Shown: one piece after another, positions 61,973 to 64,000 of the stretch
Position numbering within the stretch: position 1 is the stretch's first letter
Layout of the letters: each line of letters opens with the position of its first letter
Origin: Marsupella aquatica
Taxonomy: Eukaryota; Plantae; Marchantiophyta
Direction: 5' to 3'
Assembly: GCA_973895155.1 (NCBI GenBank)
Contig: OZ316897.1
Location: forward strand, 15,499,375-15,563,374
DNA: 64,000 nucleotides
Translations under genes and position numbers: made by a program
Notes under the pieces: model-generated
What the model saw: only the letters and a program-made list of their open reading frames with translations
What the model was told of the DNA's origin: nothing
Database searches by the model: none

Positions 61973-64000
61973 TGTGGTGCGTCCCATGGCTCCCTAAACC
62001 CAAGAAACCCCCCAGCTCAAGCCGATTCCCGCAGGTTTCGTGCTTGGCGAGGCCGTTTCCGCGGCTTAGCGGCATGGGACGCTGCTAACCTTCTACTACT
62101 ACTATTAACATTTTACACACATATACTGGACAGATCCTTCATCGGGTCATGAGATACGTAGCCGGCCTAATATAGGCCTTCCCCTGTCTTCCCCTGTCTT
62201 CCCCTCCGTCTTGTTAGGTATGTTTGGATTCCGCCGCCGGAATGATCCCCAATAGGCTTGGTTAAGCCGCTAAGACCTCTCTTAGCTCGACACATCCAAC
62301 TCTCACTCCCCTGCTTACTTTCCTTCCTTCTGTTGATGTGGGCACTCTTCACACAAGTTAATGCGACACACAAATAGCAAAATGACTCATTCTGACTGAG
62401 TCATACCATGCACTTGCCATACAAACAGTACATCTCATACACAAGTTCTGCGAACTAAGCCGTGAGGCCAACTCTATTCAGCTCTTAGGCATGAGGAAAC
62501 ATGAATATACACAAGGGTCACTGTATGACTAACCGAGAGCTTCTCGTACTACTTGATCCCAGCCCGGCTGGTGCAAACTAAAAACTTGCTAAAGAAGAGG
62601 CCCTGAGCTCCCCGCTGCCCAGGTACTTATCCTGGTAGTGGATCCGCCATTCTTTGCATCGTAAGCCTAATCTACTTAACAGTAATCTACTTGCCCGAAT
62701 CTACCTATGTACAGCAAGGCAGGAGCACAAGTGTTGCTCCTACCAGTGGGACCGCAATCCCACTAAGCTAAGTGTCAGGGCCGCTCCTGGTTCTGATCCT
62801 AATCCTAAACGTGGAGATCCGCGCCCGCCCTGCCCACTCACGCCTCCTCCCTCCACGTCCGCCCTCCCTAAAAGGAACGGCGCCCTTGCACCGTCACGAC
62901 ACCGGTGGTGGATCCTTAATGGACGCCCCCAACGCTTCCTCCTCAGCCACTGCCGTAGGCTCATTCCCTGACAGATTACCTGCCCTTGACTGAGTCAACT
63001 CTCCATCGGCCTGACTGGGTCCACCATCGGCGTCGGCATCGGCTCGAGAATCGGTTACGGCCTCAGCCTCGGCTACGGTCTCCCCGGCCTGCTCAAGAGG
63101 CGGATCTGGAATACTGGCCTCCTTACTGAGTAGTTCGGCTTGGGCCGCACCATCCCTACCTGTGATCATAGCGGGATCTATTGCCGTATTCATGTCGGAG
63201 GATGGTGCTGGTTCTACCTCTTTGGTCACCACGGCTTGTGGAGTCGGATTACTCCTTGACCCTGAAGGTTTCCGCTTTTTCTTCTTTTCTGGTTCGGCAG
63301 CTGGTCCCTTCCCCTTCCCACTTACCTCCGGCACTGGTGCAGTTGGCGCGGCTTTTTCTTCGGCCAGTACCACTCCTGGTAACTTGGTTGCCCCAATTGG
63401 AGTTGGGCCTGATGAAGACAAGCACCTAAATACTGCGGCTTGTTTCTTCAGCCGCTCCGTTTGGTTGTCGGCCCGCCGCTGGAGGTTCTCCATCTTTCTC
63501 GTGATTTCCTCCAACTCCTCCTGGGTCTCATCCAGGTCCTTGTGTGCCTCCTCTAGTTCCTTCTGGGCTTCCTCCCGTTCTTGTTTCAAGGTAGTCCTCT
63601 CCTCCTGGGTTGCTTTTAGCTCCTTGTCGAGCTCTACAATGATGACAGACTCCATCTGGTTCATCTTGGCGTAAGTCTGTTCGAGCATCTCGTCCTTCTC
63701 CCTTAGGTCGGCCTTGAAGCTGGCCGTCAGGGACGCAAGCTCCTGCTGCAGCGCCATAATCCCTTGATAGGATTTCCCTAACTCGGCCTCCTTCTGCTCA
63801 AGGGCTCCGCGGATTTTCTCGAGCTTCCCTTTCAACGCCCATTCCTTTCTTTGGGTCTCCGCCATGGCCCGGCTGTTGGCTGTTATGTGGGCCTCCTCTG
63901 TATTCTTCAGCTCTTGCTTCCACTTCTCCCTCTCTTTGATCGTGTCGACCAACTCTTCCTGCGTCTGAGTCAGTTTATCCTTGATATTCTGATTATCAGC
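61973..64000. mobile_element. Probable further LTR retrotransposon inserted in the MITE, extends beyond window
   Basis: Abrupt junction starting with TG; GC-rich, CpG-retaining sequence; LTR end, PBS and PPT not resolved. Confidence 0.5.
62894..64000 (-). CDS. Partial coiled-coil protein with disordered C-terminus (probable TE accessory ORF)
   Basis: Frame open to the window edge; E/K/Q/L-rich heptads then KGKGPA/KKKKRK low-complexity tail. Confidence 0.6.
   Translation of the reverse strand, partial: ADNQNIKDKLTQTQEELVDTIKEREKWKQELKNTEEAHITANSRAMAETQRKEWALKGKLEKIRGALEQKEAELGKSYQGIMALQQELASLTASFKADLREKDEMLEQTYAKMNQMESVIIVELDKELKATQEERTTLKQEREEAQKELEEAHKDLDETQEELEEITRKMENLQRRADNQTERLKKQAAVFRCLSSSGPTPIGATKLPGVVLAEEKAAPTAPVPEVSGKGKGPAAEPEKKKKRKPSGSRSNPTPQAVVTKEVEPAPSSDMNTAIDPAMITGRDGAAQAELLSKEASIPDPPLEQAGETVAEAEAVTDSRADADADGGPSQADGELTQSRAGNLSGNEPTAVAEEEALGASIKDPPPVS

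Noticed and set aside
63162-63674. Plus-strand 170-aa ORF
   Set aside because: Antisense shadow of the coiled-coil ORF

Overview
Eukaryotic genomic DNA, most likely a land plant and plausibly a bryophyte-grade one (inferred from spliceosomal introns, plant-type Copia/Gypsy/CACTA elements, an iMet PBS and many CAG/CGA-to-stop transitions). The first ~16.7 kb is mostly intergenic. It holds one intact, intronless gene (11337-13328) for a full-length bacterial-type HypX/HoxX protein (formyltransferase + crotonase, the CO-producing enzyme) with a transit-peptide-like N-terminal extension. From 16703 to the end is one nest of transposons, mostly resolved by TIRs/LTRs and TSDs. A Ty3/Gypsy element carrying a C5 cytosine methyltransferase between protease and RT is interrupted by (i) a ~20.5 kb Sola-like DNA transposon (19206-39754) carrying a spliced ParB-like/amino-(N4C or N6A)-DNA-methyltransferase gene and a ULP1 protease, itself holding CACTA-1 (25668-33942); (ii) a Copia (42458-59145) whose 5' LTR holds CACTA-2 (42664-52761); (iii) several MITEs and a further probable LTR element. 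In both CACTAs a SET-domain ORF lies inside the first transposase intron, and phase-0 splice sites would let one Zn-finger exon join either SET or the transposase. Three unrelated TE superfamilies here each carry a different methyl-writer, and the DNA transposons also carry dispersed element-specific motifs. Most TE ORFs are decayed, but the two SET ORFs, the amino-MTase exon and ULP1 are open. All domain calls are from motif recognition by eye, not database searches.
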